Shown here: positions 49,804 through 60,371 of the stretch, in pieces | Layout of the letters: every line of letters begins with the position of its first letter | Position numbering within the stretch: the first letter of the stretch is position 1 | Assembly (NCBI RefSeq): GCF_004339015.1 | Contig: NZ_SMFQ01000002.1 | Coordinates: 309,351 to 373,350, forward strand | DNA: 64,000 nt | Reading direction: 5' to 3' | DNA from: Cocleimonas flava | GTDB lineage: Bacteria; Pseudomonadota; Gammaproteobacteria; Thiotrichales; Thiotrichaceae | The notes under the pieces: model-generated | Database searches by the model: none | Seen by the model: the letters and a program-made list of their open reading frames with translations, nothing else | What the model was told of the DNA's origin: nothing | Translations under genes and position numbers: made by a program

Positions 49804-52800
49804 ATGTTTAAAAAACTCATTTTAGCCTTTTTTATTCTCATTGCCGTTGTGATTGGCGCGCTGGTTATATTTGTTGCCACGTTTGATGCCAATAACTACA
49901 AAGATCAAATTACTGGTCTGGTAAAGAAACAAACAGGACGAGATTTGCAGATAGATGGCGAGTTGAATCTTGCGGTTTATCCTGATCTGGCGATTGAAAT
50001 GGGCAAGACTTCTCTGGCGAATGCAGAAGGGTTTGCTGGCGAACAGTTTGCGACGATTGATTCGGGCAAAGTTTCTGTGAAGTTAATGCCGCTGATTAGC
50101 AAAAAAATTGAAGCAGATGCTGTGATGCTGGATGGACTGAAGTTAAATCTTCACCGTAAAGCAGATGGTTCGAGTAACTGGGATAGCCTTGTAAAATCTG
50201 GCGCCAAAGATGAAAGCACCGAACAGGTAGAAAAAGAGCCGTCAAAAGCAGTTGAAGAAATGTTGCAGAACCTTTCGATTGCAGGCGTTAGCCTTAATGA
50301 TGCGGTAATCCGCTGGCGTGATGATCTGGCGAAGCAGGATATAACACTTTCTCCACTTAATCTGAAAACGGGTAAATTCAGTCCGGGTAAACCCTTACCT
50401 GTCGAACTGTCTGTCGTGATGACGCAAAAGAACCCGGCAATGACAGTAACTGCTGATGGCAGTACTACGATTAACCTAACCAATAACAACAAAGACTTCA
50501 GCCTGAGCAAGCTTAAATTAAAAACCAAGGTAACGGGTGCGCAAATACCTAATGGCGCCTTAGAAGCGAATATCAGCGGTAGCATTCAGGGCAATCCACA
50601 GAAAATTAGCGTGTCTGATTTGGTTCTGCAATCGACGTTAACGGGTGATTTGGTTCAGCAAGGTACGGCAAAAGCGGACGTATCTGGCAATGTGGATTTT
50701 GATGTTAACGCACAGCAATTAACGATTGCCGGAATGAAGCTTAATGGTAATGTGAATGGCAAGCCTTTGGCTGGCGGCACTTTGCAGGCGTTGGTTACAG
50801 GCGATACAAAATTCAATCTGAAATCACAGCAGTTATTGATTCCTAATCTTGCGTTAGATGCAAAACTTGCTGACGGCTACGTTAAAGGCGGCGCGGCAAA
50901 CGCCAAAATTAACGGTAATATGCAGCTAGATCTGGCGAAGCAACTACTCAACATCACTGGTATGAAAGCCGTTACTGATGCCAGTGGCGAAGTTTTGCAG
51001 GGCGGTAAAGCGAATGCCAACGTAAATGGCGATTTGCAACTTAACCTTGGTACGCAAAAGCTATCTATACCTAATCTTTCATTAACCACCCAGTTAACGG
51101 GCGGTTATGTCAAAGGTGGCGTGGCGAATGCACAGGTAAACGGCAATACACAGTTTGATCTGGCTAAGCAATTGTTATCAATGACCGGATTAAAACTGAC
51201 GGCGGATGCGAATGGCGAGTTGTTAAAAGGCGGCAAGGCGAACACTAATATTGCAGGCGATCTTCAACTTGATCTTAAGAACTCGCAAGTTACCTCACCC
51301 AAAATCACGCTTAACAGTCAGGTAGAAGGTGGTTTGGTACCTGGTGGTAAATTGACACAAACAGGTAGCGGCAACCTTGACCTGAACTGGGCAAACAACA
51401 AAGGCGCGGTGAATTTATCCAATCTACTGGTTAATCTGGCGGGTCTTGAGGTAAAAGGCAGTGGCGTGCAGTTACAACCTTTGGCGGCGAAACCGGGCGT
51501 TTCTGGTCAATTCAGCACCAATACCTTTAACCTAAAAACGGTGATGAAAACCTTTGGTATCGAACCACCGGTGACGAAGAACCCGACTGCACTTTCACAA
51601 GTACAGGCTCAGTTTGCACTTAAGGCAGATACCGATAGCGTAGACTTACAAAGCCTAAAGGCAACGCTTGATAAGAGTCAGCTTTCGGGCAATCTGGCAA
51701 TCGCGAATTTCGCATCGCCGAGTATACGTACCAAGTTAACCATTAACACGATCAACCTCGACGATTATTTAGCGCCTGAAGCAAAAGGTGCAACTACTGC
51801 TGCGCCAGCGAGTGCTGGAGGCAATAAAGAATTATTACCGCTGGATACCTTGCGCAAATTGAATATTGATGGTGATTTTAATATCGGCAAGATGCTGGTG
51901 AATAAAATCAATATGAGTAACATCAGAGCGAAAGTAAATGCAAAACAGGGGCTGATTATTATCGACCCTGCGAATGCGCAATTGTACTCGGGTAATTACA
52001 AAGGCCGCATCACACTGGATGCGAAACAGGCTGTACCAACCATGAAAATGCGCCACGAGCTAACAGGCGTTCGTTCGGAAGGTTTGTTGTTTGATTTATT
52101 CCAGGATAAGTATGTATCTGGTGGCACCAAGTTGATTACCGACTTGAGTTCGCGCGGTAATAGCATCGATGCTTTGTTAAAGAACCTTAATGGTACAACT
52201 ACTCTGGGGCTTAGCGACGGTACGATTCGTGATTCGAACCTTGCAGAAAAAGTATCTTTAGCAGTTAAAGCGTTTGAAAAGAAGGAAGTAGAAGACGGCA
52301 AATCGGTAGTGAAATTCACCGGATTGAGTGGCGACTTCAAAGCTACAAATGGCGAATTCAAGACCGATAATTTGAGTCTGGAATCACCCTATTTCAATAT
52401 CAAAGGTTCTGGTACGGCGAATGTCGCCAGTCAGGAATTGAATATGAGTTTGCGTATTGGTCCAAACAATCAAGACCCGAAACGACCTTTGTTTGCTCCG
52501 TTGAGAGTGACGGGTACTTTTTCTAATCCTAAATTTTCTCTGGATTTAGCAGACTTACTCAAAGCTGTTGCCGCGCAAGATGTGGAAAAGCTCAAACTTC
52601 AGGCAAAAGAAAAGCTCGAGGAAGAAAAGAAGGCGCTTAAACTCAAATTCGAAAAAGAAAAGGCGGAGCAAGAACAAAAAATCAAACAGAAACTTGAAGA
52701 TGCCAAAGCCGACGCTGTTCAAAAACTGAAGAAACAAACAGGCGATAAACTGGGTGATGCGATTATCAATCAGTTAGGCGGTAAAAAATCTGAGACTCCT

Positions 52801-52896
52801 GCTAATCAAGATCCAAATGCACCTGCGGAGAAACCAAAGAGTGTTGAAGATCAGGTTAAAGATAAGTTAAAGGATAAACTGAAAGGACTGTTCTAA
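49804..52896 (+). CDS. AsmA-family protein with internal tandem ~60-aa repeats and K/E-rich C-terminal tail
   Basis: 1030 aa. N-terminal TM anchor. The repeats read '...LADGYVKGGAANAKINGNMQLDLAKQLLNITGMKAVTDASGEVLQGGKANANVNGDLQLNLG...'. The C-terminal AsmA_2-like region ends with 'KLKLQAKEKLEEEKKALKLKFEKEKAEQEQKIKQKLED'. Confidence 0.7.
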   Translation: MFKKLILAFFILIAVVIGALVIFVATFDANNYKDQITGLVKKQTGRDLQIDGELNLAVYPDLAIEMGKTSLANAEGFAGEQFATIDSGKVSVKLMPLISKKIEADAVMLDGLKLNLHRKADGSSNWDSLVKSGAKDESTEQVEKEPSKAVEEMLQNLSIAGVSLNDAVIRWRDDLAKQDITLSPLNLKTGKFSPGKPLPVELSVVMTQKNPAMTVTADGSTTINLTNNNKDFSLSKLKLKTKVTGAQIPNGALEANISGSIQGNPQKISVSDLVLQSTLTGDLVQQGTAKADVSGNVDFDVNAQQLTIAGMKLNGNVNGKPLAGGTLQALVTGDTKFNLKSQQLLIPNLALDAKLADGYVKGGAANAKINGNMQLDLAKQLLNITGMKAVTDASGEVLQGGKANANVNGDLQLNLGTQKLSIPNLSLTTQLTGGYVKGGVANAQVNGNTQFDLAKQLLSMTGLKLTADANGELLKGGKANTNIAGDLQLDLKNSQVTSPKITLNSQVEGGLVPGGKLTQTGSGNLDLNWANNKGAVNLSNLLVNLAGLEVKGSGVQLQPLAAKPGVSGQFSTNTFNLKTVMKTFGIEPPVTKNPTALSQVQAQFALKADTDSVDLQSLKATLDKSQLSGNLAIANFASPSIRTKLTINTINLDDYLAPEAKGATTAAPASAGGNKELLPLDTLRKLNIDGDFNIGKMLVNKINMSNIRAKVNAKQGLIIIDPANAQLYSGNYKGRITLDAKQAVPTMKMRHELTGVRSEGLLFDLFQDKYVSGGTKLITDLSSRGNSIDALLKNLNGTTTLGLSDGTIRDSNLAEKVSLAVKAFEKKEVEDGKSVVKFTGLSGDFKATNGEFKTDNLSLESPYFNIKGSGTANVASQELNMSLRIGPNNQDPKRPLFAPLRVTGTFSNPKFSLDLADLLKAVAAQDVEKLKLQAKEKLEEEKKALKLKFEKEKAEQEQKIKQKLEDAKADAVQKLKKQTGDKLGDAIINQLGGKKSETPANQDPNAPAEKPKSVEDQVKDKLKDKLKGLF

Positions 52897-52995
52897 AGCT
52901 GTCATTAGAACTTCTGTTACTGGGGACTTAGAAATAAGTAACCGGGATACTGTGACCGAGATGCTGTTATCACAGTTATCTCTATCACAGATTTA

Positions 52996-53076
52996 GTCAC
53001 CCCCCTACTTTGGAGCCATTTTTTAGTACTTAAATAAAGACCTCAAAAAAAGGCTTATAAGTAGGGGGGTGGCTTA
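52996..53076. repeat. Inverted pair of REP-like elements ('gtcaccccctactttggagccatttttt' ... 'aaaaaaaggcttataagtaggggggtggctt') between convergent genes
   Basis: Same geometry as the pair at 8151-8204. Confidence 0.7.
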
Positions 53077-53093
53077 TCAATTATTCAAAGAGA

Positions 53094-53699
53094 TTACTCA
53101 GCCGCTAATTTCTTTTCTATTTGAGATAAGGTCACACAGGCCTGATTGACATTCGTTGTCGACTGCTGACCAAACCTTGTCATCAAGGACATATAAGCGC
53201 CATTTTCCTGTTTGGTTATTCTTCCCTGTTTCGACAGTGCACTTTGTTTTTTAATAGCTACGCCGTAACGATCCCAGATATTTTTTGCGTTACATCCAGA
53301 AGCGTTCGATTTCTGACCTTTTGTTGTTAGCATTCCCGCACGATTGATCGGTGCCTTCTTATAACCAGCTGGCGCATATTTTTTCATTATCCCATCGTAT
53401 TTGGCACAAATAGCAGGGTTTACTTTCGTCCCGTATTGAATATTTGGATTCTTCTCGCTCTCTTTGCTCAGCAGGATTCCCGCGGCAGCTGATTCGGTTG
53501 CCAATCCTTGTCGAACACGCTCATCTGCCGGATTTGGCTCTTGTCCTTTCTGGATGGATGCCGCAAATTTCCGGTTATGAATCTGCATCATATTGTTTAC
53601 TTCCATCATCTTGGTTTGTGCTTGTTTATAATTACAAGCACTCGCTGGGACTGAAATAGCCGAAAGTGCTACTGCTGTGATTAAAAGGAGTTTTTTCAT
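53094..53699 (-). CDS. Secreted hypothetical protein
   Basis: 201 aa. Signal peptide 'LLLITAVALSAISVPASA'. K/Q/N-rich. No motif recognised. Confidence 0.45.
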   Translation of the reverse strand: MKKLLLITAVALSAISVPASACNYKQAQTKMMEVNNMMQIHNRKFAASIQKGQEPNPADERVRQGLATESAAAGILLSKESEKNPNIQYGTKVNPAICAKYDGIMKKYAPAGYKKAPINRAGMLTTKGQKSNASGCNAKNIWDRYGVAIKKQSALSKQGRITKQENGAYMSLMTRFGQQSTTNVNQACVTLSQIEKKLAAE

Positions 53700-53742
53700 T
53701 TAAGATTCCATAGTGATTTTAAAAAAGTGTAATGCGTTGATG

Positions 53743-54249
53743 CTATTTCGATCTGACACAGCGGATGTGATAGCCATCAGAGGTATATAAAGCGACATCT
53801 AGACTATTACCGTGATAGAAGTCTACCGTCCAATGTGATTCGGGATCGTCTTCATATTCTGTGGTTGTGTGATAGGTATCTTCGGTGGCGACTACTTTAA
53901 ATGCGCTTTGAATAGCAGGCTGATTTTTAGCGACTCGAGTTGTATCGACGATACTTAGTAGCTCTACTCTTGTGGGTAGACGCCAGTCTTGCTTGGCCGC
54001 TAACGCGAGGCTTGAACAGTATTTCATGGCTTGAATAAAACTACCGGATTTTACTTTACCGTTATTATTTTTATAGGAATCCTGCCATTGCAGTTTTGTC
54101 GTTGAGTCAGTGATTGTTCCCTGATCATGACTGAACCTTGGGGCAGCGTTTACTGTTTGAATTGAGAAGATAAATAGACTGAGACTTAAACCCAGAGCTA
54201 TATTTTTACAAGTTAACGCATTGATTTCCAAAATACTTTCCACACCCAA
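53743..54249 (-). CDS. Secreted DUF1566-like (Lcl C-terminal-type) protein
   Basis: 168 aa. Signal peptide. 'WRLPTRVELLSIVD' is the DUF1566 signature segment. C-terminal 'YHIRCVR'. Confidence 0.6.
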   Translation of the reverse strand: MGVESILEINALTCKNIALGLSLSLFIFSIQTVNAAPRFSHDQGTITDSTTKLQWQDSYKNNNGKVKSGSFIQAMKYCSSLALAAKQDWRLPTRVELLSIVDTTRVAKNQPAIQSAFKVVATEDTYHTTTEYEDDPESHWTVDFYHGNSLDVALYTSDGYHIRCVRSK

Positions 54250-54338
54250 TTAATTTAAATGATAGAAAGTATAAAGTATTTATAGTGAGACAAACTATTT
54301 TTATAACATATATTAATAGTCAGATTAGAATATAAAAA

Positions 54339-54760
54339 ACGCCCTGTAAGGTGGGGGGGGTGGCTTTTCCAGGCTTACCAAAAGCCAGAAAAGTCCGTCG
54401 TAGATTCCGCAAGGAATCGTCGACGTACAATGATCGATAAACCACTGAACCCATTAAGTCTCAAATTGTTTGAAATTAATCGCTTACCAAAAGCCGGAAA
54501 TGGCAAGCCAAATAATTATTCGGCTGAAGCCTCACCCTAAAGGGCCAGCTAAAGCTGTTGTCTCGCTTTGCTCGGCTGAATTAGTCGTTTCAACAAAACG
54601 TAACGGTAAGTTCGCTAAAGTCCGTCATAGATTCCGCAAGGAATCGTTGACGTACAATGATCGACAAACCACTGAACCCATTAAGTCTCAAATTGTTTGA
54701 AACTAATCGCTTATCAAAAGCTATCTACGACAAGCAAAATACTTATTCAGCTAAGTTATT
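54339..54760 (+). repeat. Mosaic repeat block: inverted REP core + about 2.5 tandem units of 'cttaccaaaagccRgaaa-agtccgtcrtagattccgcaaggaatcgtYgacgtacaatgatcgaYaaaccactgaacccattaagtctcaaattgtttgaaaYtaatcg' with a family B element (54530-54600) in the first unit
   Basis: 54391-54499 versus 54604-54713 are about 93% identical. 54484-54530 versus 54708-54756 are about 75% identical. Each unit has an imperfect palindrome 'gtccgtcgtagattcc-gcaa-ggaatcgtcgacgtac'. Confidence 0.75.
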
Positions 54761-54908
54761 TTTAGAAACTCAATGTTAAAAAACATGAGAGTGCCATAAC
54801 TTCTGACGGAAGCTACGACATTAAGAAAGGGATTTTAAGTTGTTTAGCTAGATCGTGATGATCTAAGCTCAGACAAAAGCAAAGTAGCGTGTTAAGCACA
54901 CTAAGTAC

Positions 54909-55313
54909 TTAGCAGAGGTACATTTCCAAAGCTTTAAGAACATCTGTACGACCGATCATGCCAATGACGTTGCCATTTTCAACAACTGGGTAACGTCTGT
55001 AATGATCTTTCAGAAACATTTCAGCAACATACAAACAACTGTAATCAGCTTCTACCGTTCTTACGTCAGGTGTCATGAAGTCTTGAACCTGACCTCTGAA
55101 AGAGGAGTCGAAATTAGATTTAAGCGCAGCTTTAATACAATCAGTACCAGATATCATACCGACCAGGTTGCCAAGATCATCAACTACAGGTGCGCCGAAA
55201 ATACGGTGTTTATTGAAAAGCTTAATTGCTTCGCCTATTTCCTGATCAGGTTTGAACTTGATAAAATTAGGATTTAGGTGATAACGCACATGAAGTTCAT
55301 CAGACTTTGACAT
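54909..55313 (-). CDS. CBS-domain pair protein
   Basis: 134 aa. Two CBS motifs ('FGAPVVDDLGNLVGMISGTD', 'YRRYPVVENGNVIGMIGRTDV'). Confidence 0.8.
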   Translation of the reverse strand: MSKSDELHVRYHLNPNFIKFKPDQEIGEAIKLFNKHRIFGAPVVDDLGNLVGMISGTDCIKAALKSNFDSSFRGQVQDFMTPDVRTVEADYSCLYVAEMFLKDHYRRYPVVENGNVIGMIGRTDVLKALEMYLC

Positions 55314-55391
55314 ATATAAAACTCCTATTTGTAACCTTAAGGTTAAGGTTTAATTAGCGGGGTAGTACTAGCGGGCAAGCCTAGCATACTA

Positions 55392-55685
55392 TTACTTTAT
55401 GCCTGTTCTCAACTGATCAATGTTAATCTGGGCGTAGTCTTTTGTTATATTTTGTTGTTCGTTACTGTTTGTATCGCAGTTTTCCGCACTATCTTTTTCT
55501 TCTTGAGCCATACGTGCTTTACGTTTTTCACATGGGTTAGAACAACTACAATCCCCTTTAACACCGGGAATATTAGATAAACCACCGCAGCTACCTTTAA
55601 GCTCACGGTTGTTCAGCAACACACCTGCAGCCATTCCTAAGAATGCTAATAACAATACCATAAATGTGAATAAAAATATTTGCAT
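55392..55685 (-). CDS. nqrM: Na+-NQR maturation factor NqrM (DUF539)
   Basis: 97 aa. N-terminal TM helix. Cys-rich 'GSCGGLSNIPGVKGDCSCSNPC'. Immediately downstream of nqrF. Confidence 0.75.
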   Translation of the reverse strand: MQIFLFTFMVLLLAFLGMAAGVLLNNRELKGSCGGLSNIPGVKGDCSCSNPCEKRKARMAQEEKDSAENCDTNSNEQQNITKDYAQINIDQLRTGIK

Positions 55686-55774
55686 AAAAATTTCCTGAAA
55701 TACTAGTAAACGACTTTGTTTACTATGCGTTGCCTACTAGTATTTCTATATTATCAAGTGAGCTAAAAATCTGC

Positions 55775-56998
55775 TTAGCCACCAAAGTCATCCAGCATAA
55801 TGTTCTCTTCTTCAACGCCCATTTCTTCAAGCATATCGATAACAGCTGTGTTCATCATTGGTGGACCACACATGTAAAACTCACAGTCTTCAGGAGCAGC
55901 ATGCTCTTTCAGATAGTTGTTGTAAAGAATGTCATGGATGTAGCCTGTATAGCCTTCCCAGTTATCTTCTGGCTGTGGTTCTGATAGACCTAGGTGCCAT
56001 TCAAAGTTATCGTGTTCTTTGGCTAGCTTATCAAACTCTTCTACGTAAAAAGCTTCGCGCAAACTTCTTGCTCCATACCAGAAACTGATTTTACGTTTAC
56101 TTGCCAATCTACCAAGTTGATCGAATATATGAGAGCGCATTGGAGCCATTCCAGCACCACCACCGACAAATACCATTTCAGCATCGGTATCTTTCGCGAA
56201 GAATTCTCCAAATGGTCCAGAGATAGTGACTTCATCTCCGGGCTTAAGATCAAAAATGTACGACGACATAACGCCTGCAGGGATATTATTTTCACCTGGA
56301 GGAGGTGTAGCAATACGAACATTCAGCATTATCAACCCTTTTTCTTCAGGGTAGTTTGCCATCGAGTATGCACGGAGCGCTGGTTCTGGCACGTGAGATT
56401 CGATATCCCAAAGTTTGAAGTGATCCCAATCTGCGCGGTATTCTTCCTGAATATCAAATTCAGAATACTTCAGATCATACGGTGGACATTCGATTTGAAT
56501 ATAACCACCTGCACGGAAGTTAACATCTTCGCCTTCAGGTAATTCAAGCACTAATTCTTTGATAAAAGTCGCTACGTTTTCATTAGACTTAACTTTACAT
56601 TGCCACTTCTTAACACCAAATACCTCTTCAGGTACTTCGATTACCATGTCTTGCTTTACGTTTACCTGACAGGCTAAACGATCACCATGTCGAGCTTCGC
56701 GCTTATTGATGTGAGATTCTTCAGCAGGGAGCAAACTTCCGCCACCGTCAAAGATTCTTACTTTACATTGAGCGCAAGTTCCACCGCCACCACAAGCCGA
56801 CGCGATAAATAAACCGCTGTCTGCCAGTGAGTTTAATAGTTTTCCGCCTACGGGTACTTCTATATCACGTTCTTTATTGATATGTAACGTTACATTACCG
56901 CTAGCCACTAATTTTGAGCGCGCAAAAAGAATTATGAACACAAGACTGATTACGATGCTTGTGAATAGGAGTATTCCTAATAGAATTTGAATAGTCAT
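55775..56998 (-). CDS. nqrF: Na+-translocating NADH:quinone oxidoreductase subunit F
   Basis: 407 aa. N-terminal TM helix. 2Fe-2S ferredoxin motif '[11 protein letters not shown]'. FAD/NADH-binding '[10 protein letters not shown]'. Confidence 0.95.
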   Translation of the reverse strand: MTIQILLGILLFTSIVISLVFIILFARSKLVASGNVTLHINKERDIEVPVGGKLLNSLADSGLFIASACGGGGTCAQCKVRIFDGGGSLLPAEESHINKREARHGDRLACQVNVKQDMVIEVPEEVFGVKKWQCKVKSNENVATFIKELVLELPEGEDVNFRAGGYIQIECPPYDLKYSEFDIQEEYRADWDHFKLWDIESHVPEPALRAYSMANYPEEKGLIMLNVRIATPPPGENNIPAGVMSSYIFDLKPGDEVTISGPFGEFFAKDTDAEMVFVGGGAGMAPMRSHIFDQLGRLASKRKISFWYGARSLREAFYVEEFDKLAKEHDNFEWHLGLSEPQPEDNWEGYTGYIHDILYNNYLKEHAAPEDCEFYMCGPPMMNTAVIDMLEEMGVEEENIMLDDFGG

Positions 56999-57036
56999 AT
57001 TATTGTATCTTCACCTAAATACTTAAACTGAGAGTT

Positions 57037-57633
57037 CTAAAGTTGAATGCCAGAGAAGGCCATAAAGCCCATAGACATTAAACCTACGGTGATAAAGGTA
57101 ATACCTAAACCCTGTAGTCCTTTTGGAACATCGCTATATTTCAACTTCTCACGCACTCCAGCCAAAGCAACTATCGCAAGCGCCCAGCCTAGTCCACTAG
57201 AAATACCGTATACCGCACTTTCGGCAAATGAGTAATCACGTTCAACCATGAACAATGAACCACCCAGAATTGCGCAGTTAACCGTAATCAATGGCAAGAA
57301 AACACCCAATGCGTTGTATAGGCTTGGTAAATATTTATCCAATACCATTTCTAGTATCTGTACCATCGCCGCGATAACGCCGATATAACTGATTAAGCCT
57401 AAAAAGGTAAGATCAACACCTTGTAGTAAGGCGTTTTCTTTAAGCAAATAGTTAAGAATCAAGTTATTAACTGGAACTGTGATTGCCTGTACAACTGCTA
57501 CTGCAATACCTAGACCTATGGCTGTTTCAATTTTTTTCGAAAGAGCAAGGAAGGTACACATTCCCAGGAAGAATGCGAGTGCCAGGTTTTCAACAAATAT
57601 CGCCTTTATAGCAAGACTTAGTAGATCTTCCAT
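57037..57633 (-). CDS. nqrE: Na+-NQR subunit E
   Basis: 198 aa. Six-TM Rnf/Nqr family. NqrE-like. Confidence 0.9.
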   Translation of the reverse strand: MEDLLSLAIKAIFVENLALAFFLGMCTFLALSKKIETAIGLGIAVAVVQAITVPVNNLILNYLLKENALLQGVDLTFLGLISYIGVIAAMVQILEMVLDKYLPSLYNALGVFLPLITVNCAILGGSLFMVERDYSFAESAVYGISSGLGWALAIVALAGVREKLKYSDVPKGLQGLGITFITVGLMSMGFMAFSGIQL

Positions 57634-58304
57634 TAGTGAACCTCCGCCGAGCCGTGCACATGTGACTCATGTATTTTAAAATCAGGCTCTTCATTCTGTT
57701 CGGGCTTCCATGTTCTAACTGCCCAGATTAGCAAGCCAATAATGAAGAAAGCACTAGGAGGAAGAAGCATCATGCCATTAGATTGATACCAGCCGCCATC
57801 AGTAGTTAATGGGAAAATCTTGTAACCTAACAATGAACCAGCACCAAGAAGCTCCCTGAAGACCGCAACGATGATAAGAATTAAGCTGTAACCCATACCA
57901 TTGCCTAGACCATCAATAAAGCTGTCTTTAACGCCGTTTTTCATGGCGTATGCTTCTGCACGTCCCATTACGATACAGTTGGTGATAATCAATCCAACAA
58001 ATACCGATAGTTGCTTAGACGTATCATAAGCAAATGCTTTCAATAACTGATCTACCACAATTACCAAAGAAGCGATAATCGTCATTTGCACGATGATACG
58101 AATGCTGCCCGGAATATGATGACGAACCGAACTGATTGAAGCACTTGAAAAAGCGGTTACAACCGTTAAAGCCACAGACATCAATAATGCAGTTTTAACC
58201 GAAGTTGTTACAGCAAGTGCCGAACAGATACCTAATATCTGTAACGTAATCGGGTTTTGGTCTACTAACGGTTCGACCAGTGTTTTTTTAGTTTCAGGGT
58301 TCAT
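57633..58304 (-). CDS. nqrD: Na+-NQR subunit D
   Basis: 223 aa. Polytopic. Operon position between nqrC and nqrE. Start/stop overlaps. Confidence 0.9.
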   Translation of the reverse strand: MNPETKKTLVEPLVDQNPITLQILGICSALAVTTSVKTALLMSVALTVVTAFSSASISSVRHHIPGSIRIIVQMTIIASLVIVVDQLLKAFAYDTSKQLSVFVGLIITNCIVMGRAEAYAMKNGVKDSFIDGLGNGMGYSLILIIVAVFRELLGAGSLLGYKIFPLTTDGGWYQSNGMMLLPPSAFFIIGLLIWAVRTWKPEQNEEPDFKIHESHVHGSAEVH

Positions 58305-59107
58305 TATTTAGCTCCCTCTTTACGAATGTTTTCCAAGTATTTGTCATAGCCTTGTTTGCCCAGCCAGTAATGCAGCATGTTTTCTACACCACGAGAAGTT
58401 AGGGTTGCGCCTGATAAGCCATCAACCTTATATTCCGCATCTGGTGTACCGCTGTTCACGCTTCCTTTAATGACCTGAATCATGACTTCTCCAGAATCGT
58501 TATAAACCTGTTTGCCAATCCACTTTTTACGCCACTCCGGATTATCAACTTCACCACCCAGACCTGGTGTTTCAGCGTGCTCGTAAAAGCCTAAACCAAC
58601 GACGGTTTTCGCATCATTTTTCAAAGCCAAAAAGCCATATAAGGTAGACCACAAGCCGTAACCATGAACGGGCAAGATGATGGATTTAATCTTCTCGCCA
58701 TCTTTAACCAGATAAACAGACGTATATTTAGCACGACGTTTGATTCCAGCAATATCGTTTTCTTTCTTTAACTGGATATTCTGCTTGGGATCGTTAGAAG
58801 CTTTACGCTGATCGTAAGTTACCGGATCAACATCTGTTACATATTCACCAGTTGTCATATCAATAACGCGAGGTTCAATTTGAGAGAACAACTCATCGAT
58901 AGACTTGCCTTCTTCCATCAAACCAGCGATTTCAAGAATGTTCTTCTTCTTATCTAGCGCTTTGTTTTGATCTTGCATAGGTTTTAATACAACCGCTGCA
59001 CCTGATACCAAAACCGAACACACTAAACAAAGTGCTACCGCAACTGCGAGCGTTTTTTTAACGCTATCGTTTGGTAAATCTAGAATTTTTTGAATTGGAG
59101 CAAACAT
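58304..59107 (-). CDS. nqrC: Na+-NQR subunit C (FMN-binding)
   Basis: 267 aa. N-terminal TM helix. FMN-attachment threonine context '[13 protein letters not shown]'. Confidence 0.9.
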   Translation of the reverse strand: MFAPIQKILDLPNDSVKKTLAVAVALCLVCSVLVSGAAVVLKPMQDQNKALDKKKNILEIAGLMEEGKSIDELFSQIEPRVIDMTTGEYVTDVDPVTYDQRKASNDPKQNIQLKKENDIAGIKRRAKYTSVYLVKDGEKIKSIILPVHGYGLWSTLYGFLALKNDAKTVVGLGFYEHAETPGLGGEVDNPEWRKKWIGKQVYNDSGEVMIQVIKGSVNSGTPDAEYKVDGLSGATLTSRGVENMLHYWLGKQGYDKYLENIRKEGAK

Positions 59108-59109
59108 GA

Positions 59110-60369
59110 TTATTCTCCCCCCTTTTCGTCAAACGAAGAAAAAGCAGCTTCGCGCTTGAGGCGACGCTTCACGTTTGCCTGAACTACGAAATGATCTATT
59201 AATGGAGCGAAGATATTAGAGAACAGAATAGCTAACATGATGCCTTCCGGGAAAGCCGGGTTTACAACACGTATTAACACCGTCATAAAACCAATCAACG
59301 CACCGTAATACCAACGACCAAGATTAGTCATCGATGCTGATACTGGATCAGTCGCCATGAAGATCATACCGAAAGCGAAACCACCCGTTACCATGTGCCA
59401 GTACCAAGGCATAGAGAACATCGGATTGCTGTCACTACCAATAAGGTTGAACAATATACTTGTTGCAACCATGCCGATCATTACACCAGCAACAATGCGC
59501 CACGATGCGATCTTGGTGAATAATAAAATTGCACCACCGATAAAGATTGCAAGTGTTGAGGTTTCACCCAGCGACCCAGGAACCATTCCGAGGAATGAGT
59601 CGAACCAGGTAATCTGACTTTTAACGATCAGATCAACACCACCTTCTGCTGCCATACCAAGTGCTGTTGCACCAGTATAACCATCAACCGCTGTCCAGAC
59701 TGCATTACCTGACATCGCTGCCGGATAAGCAAAGTATAGGAACGCACGACCTACCAAAGCAGGATTCAAGAAGTTTTTACCCGTACCACCAAATACTTCC
59801 TTACCGACAATGATGCCGAAAAGTATACCTAAACCAACCATCCACAACGGTGTATCAGGCGGTAGTGTTAATGTGTAAAGAATAGATGTAACGAAGAAGC
59901 CTTCGTTGATTTCATGCCCACGTACGAGTGCAAACGCTGCCTCAGCAATACCACCCACGATAAACGTGGTCATATAGATAGGCAGGAAGTATGTCAGTCC
60001 ATGTAAGAAATTGGCAAAGAAACTACCAGGATCATACCCAAAAGGATTCAGGAACCAGCCACGAAGACCATCGATAGTTTCCAGACCCAAGCTAGCCATA
60101 GCAACATTGGCTTGATAACCCGTGTTGAAACAAGCCATAAACATAACAGGGAAAGTAGCCATCCACACATAACCCATAACGCGTTTTAAATCTAACGCAT
60201 CGCGGATATGAGGAGCACCAACCGTGGTGTTTGGTGGGCTATAAAACAGTGTATCCACCATTTCATAAAGCACATAAAGTCTTTCTAGTTTGCCACCACG
60301 GGTAAAATGCGGTTCAGCATCATCTAGTACTTTTCTTAGTAAACCAGTTTTTTTCTTTTCAGAAGTCAT
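59110..60369 (-). CDS. nqrB: Na+-NQR subunit B
   Basis: 419 aa. Polytopic. 'GYTGATALG' flavin-attachment context. NqrB-like. Confidence 0.9.
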   Translation of the reverse strand: MTSEKKKTGLLRKVLDDAEPHFTRGGKLERLYVLYEMVDTLFYSPPNTTVGAPHIRDALDLKRVMGYVWMATFPVMFMACFNTGYQANVAMASLGLETIDGLRGWFLNPFGYDPGSFFANFLHGLTYFLPIYMTTFIVGGIAEAAFALVRGHEINEGFFVTSILYTLTLPPDTPLWMVGLGILFGIIVGKEVFGGTGKNFLNPALVGRAFLYFAYPAAMSGNAVWTAVDGYTGATALGMAAEGGVDLIVKSQITWFDSFLGMVPGSLGETSTLAIFIGGAILLFTKIASWRIVAGVMIGMVATSILFNLIGSDSNPMFSMPWYWHMVTGGFAFGMIFMATDPVSASMTNLGRWYYGALIGFMTVLIRVVNPAFPEGIMLAILFSNIFAPLIDHFVVQANVKRRLKREAAFSSFDEKGGE

Positions 60370-60371
60370 GA

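Noticed and set aside
54470-54700. 76-aa ORF in the track
   Set aside because: It lies entirely inside the tandem repeat block, and its 'protein' is the translation of the repeat units. There is no RBS.
54339-54760. Possible CRISPR array
   Set aside because: The repeat units are over 100 nt long and nearly contiguous, without unique spacers of 30-40 nt. There are no cas genes nearby.
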